From Lama guanicoe (Eukaryota), in the NCBI GenBank assembly GCA_013239625.1, contig MU057340.1:10589657-10653656 (forward strand): DNA of 64,000 nucleotides, written 5' to 3'. How positions within the stretch are numbered: position 1 is the first letter of the stretch; each line of letters starts with the position of its first letter. The notes beneath the pieces were generated by a model. It saw only the letters and a list, made by a program, of their open reading frames with translations, was not told the origin of the DNA and did no database searches. The position numbers were made by a program, and so were the translations under genes. Positions 61,791-64,000 of the stretch are shown piece after piece.

Positions 61791-63259
61791 TTTTCTTTCT
61801 TGTCAAGGAATCAGACTTTGCTTTCGATGACATGTCACAAATGGGCTGGCGGTCCAGTCGAGCAGGGATGGGAGGTGGGTTTCGTCCTCTCCTTTGGTCA
61901 AGCTTCACGGCAACCACGGTGAACGTTTAGCGCGAACGTTATTAGTTGTTAATCAGGCCCTTCTGCGATGATTACCTCGCCGTTACTGCTTTGCACTTCC
62001 AACCAGAAGTCAAAAATAACGAGGCGATAAAACTGCTATTAATTTAGTCTGATGATTTCAGGCCCTCGGAGCTCAAGATGGGGGGGGTGTCTCATAAAAG
62101 CCGGGCACAAATAACTTGAGTGCTCAAGAGGAATAACAAAAATGGCGAGAATATGAATTAACATGTAAGTGTTTCTAATTTAAAAGGGAAACACGCAGCA
62201 CGGATTGCCCACGTTCCTCATGCGCTTTCCCGGGTGAGGGCGGCAGCCCTCCCGGCCCCAGCCTGCTGGGTTTGGGCAGAGTGGCCCTGGAAGCTCGCTC
62301 TTTGTAGGAAGAAGTCATGGAAGGAGACATCGCTCTGTCTAGCACGCTCGTGTTTGGTCCAGTGAGAGAACGGGGCCAGGTCTCGGGTGCCTGGAAGGGG
62401 GTCTTTGCTGGAGAGCTCGGTGAAATGTGCCAGGCCCTGGGCATCCTGACTGACCGCTGGCTGCCCCCCTGGCCCCGGACACGCATCCTCATTTCAGAGA
62501 AAGGCCCTCTTTCAACTACGTCCTCTGTCATCCTGGGTACTGACCACCATGGGAGACTTGTGTCCCCGTCCTAACCATCAGTATCTGGGGGACTAATCTG
62601 AAACAGCACCTCTGAGTCTCAGCTCCCTCGTCTCCCCAGAGGTGTTAACAGCACCAGCTCACAGGACTGCGGCTGAGCACTCGAAGCAGTGACGGGAGAC
62701 AGATCAGCACAGTGCCCGGCACGCACGAGCTGGACCGAATGTCGCTGCTGCTTTAAGGATGCAAACGTGCTCCCTGCATCACCTGCCCCTCCCGCCTTCT
62801 CTCACTCCCTCCTTTGGGTACTGCTCATCGGGAACCTCCGGGGTGGAGGGGGCACTTCCCGAGGGTTCTCTCCTTCCTCCCCCACCTTCACAAGCAGAGC
62901 CCTGTCCTGGGTGCTCTCTTTGCTTCACCATTTTGAAGACAAATGAGTACTTTCCACACACCCACTGTGGCTCAGCATGGTGGCAGGGCTGTGGGGTGTC
63001 AGGTGAAGACTTCTGCCCATGTCGGGAGGCTGGACTCGAGGAGGACGAGCCCTCCGTGCGCTGGGAGGGGCCGTGGAGACTCCAGCAGGAGGCAGTGGTG
63101 CTCAGCCCTGTGATGTGGCCCAGACTCGGGCTGACAGTTCTCAGTGCTCACTGGTTCCCTCTGGGCTCACAGGTCCACTTCCCAGTGGAGGGACTGTGGG
63201 CAGACCTGGTGAGCACCACCCCCCCTTCTCCTCATAGGCCTGGCCCCTAAACCCATCCT

Positions 63260-63483
63260 CCCAATCCTCTGGGTGTCTCTTCCTTTGTCTGCCAGCCACT
63301 GAGGAAGATGCAGAAGTGCATCCGGGGCCCAGGGGTGTCAAGCCACTGGACAGAAGAGCTGATCCCCAAAGGACCCACTGCCAACCTGCCCTTCAGGTGA
63401 AGTGAGCACACAGACTTCATGGCCTGGAGGTCCCAATGGTTGGGGCTGTTTGTCACAGCAGCGAGGCTTCCCTGACTGATACA
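63260..63483 (+). mobile_element. MaLR LTR 3' part (MLT1H-J-like)
   Basis: ...gtgagcacacagacttcat...tggggctgtttgtcacagcagc...ccctgactgataca is the MLT1 terminus. Confidence 0.7.
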
Positions 63484-64000
63484 ATGGACAGGACTTCGCC
63501 AGGTTGATGGGCAGGAGGAGGGCCCTGCAGTCCTCAGGTGTGGAGGAGGGAGCAGCCCCCGAGTGCATGCTGTGGGGATTGCAAGACCGCCCAGCAGGAA
63601 GTTTGGGGGCAGAGAGGGTGTTTGTGGTCTAGGCTGGCACTGTGGAGGGTGTGAGAAAAAGGATCTGACCACAGTCTTCTTTGGGCGATTTTTAAGGGTA
63701 TGATGGACGAGAGGGGCCTGGGGCTTGTCCCAACTGATGGGCTGGGATGACTTCCAGACGATCCGGGGAAGACAGCACAGAATGTGGGTGCAGGCGGAGC
63801 TGCAGCTGACAAAACAGCTGTTGAAGGAAGAGGCAGAGTCCCCAGGACTGGGCGACCGCTCTGCATTGGGGCTGGGGAGGGCACCCCTAAGGATTCCTCT
63901 CCCTTTTAGATCCATGTATCCACCCCTCCTTTCCTAATTTCTTCCAAGTGTGTGTTAGTGACTCACTGGCTGTCACACGATCGTGACATTTGAGTCTCGT

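Noticed and set aside
1-64000. Inferring a host gene strand from TE orientation bias
   Set aside because: The minus-strand excess (5 of 8 lineage L1 ends, 3 of 3 SINEs) is too small a sample to be meaningful.

Overview
Mammalian non-coding genomic DNA, almost certainly from a camelid (Camelus, Vicugna or Lama). Three copies of a tRNA-Ala(AGC)-derived SINE match the camelid Vic-1 family, and the L1 3' ends are cetartiodactyl-type. I find no supportable host protein-coding exon or RNA gene in the 64 kb, so the window reads as a gene desert or the interior of a very long intron. The six-frame ORFs are chance or repeat-derived. The only protein homology I recognise is a frameshifted ERVL-type integrase remnant at about 51.3-51.75 kb on the minus strand. 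Much of the window is transposable elements: many old L2 and MIR fragments, MaLR MLT1 LTRs, MER33, Tigger5b/MER47, eight lineage L1 3' ends, and three solo LTRs. Those LTRs are an ERV1-type at 7769-8210, a young CpG-rich ERV2/betaretrovirus-like at 12217-12808 with a perfect 6-bp TSD, and an ERV1-type rich in CCAAT/octamer motifs at 52136-52693 nested in a decayed ERVL provirus. Between the repeats are several repeat-free, AT-rich, homeodomain/PBX-HOX/MEIS-motif-dense blocks that resemble conserved developmental enhancers, plus two small orphan CpG-rich patches. There is a 161-N assembly gap at 24235-24395. I cannot support a novel biological system. The best leads are the young ERV2 solo LTR and the candidate enhancer array. 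Family names come from recalled consensus motifs, not a database search, and boundaries of old repeats are approximate.
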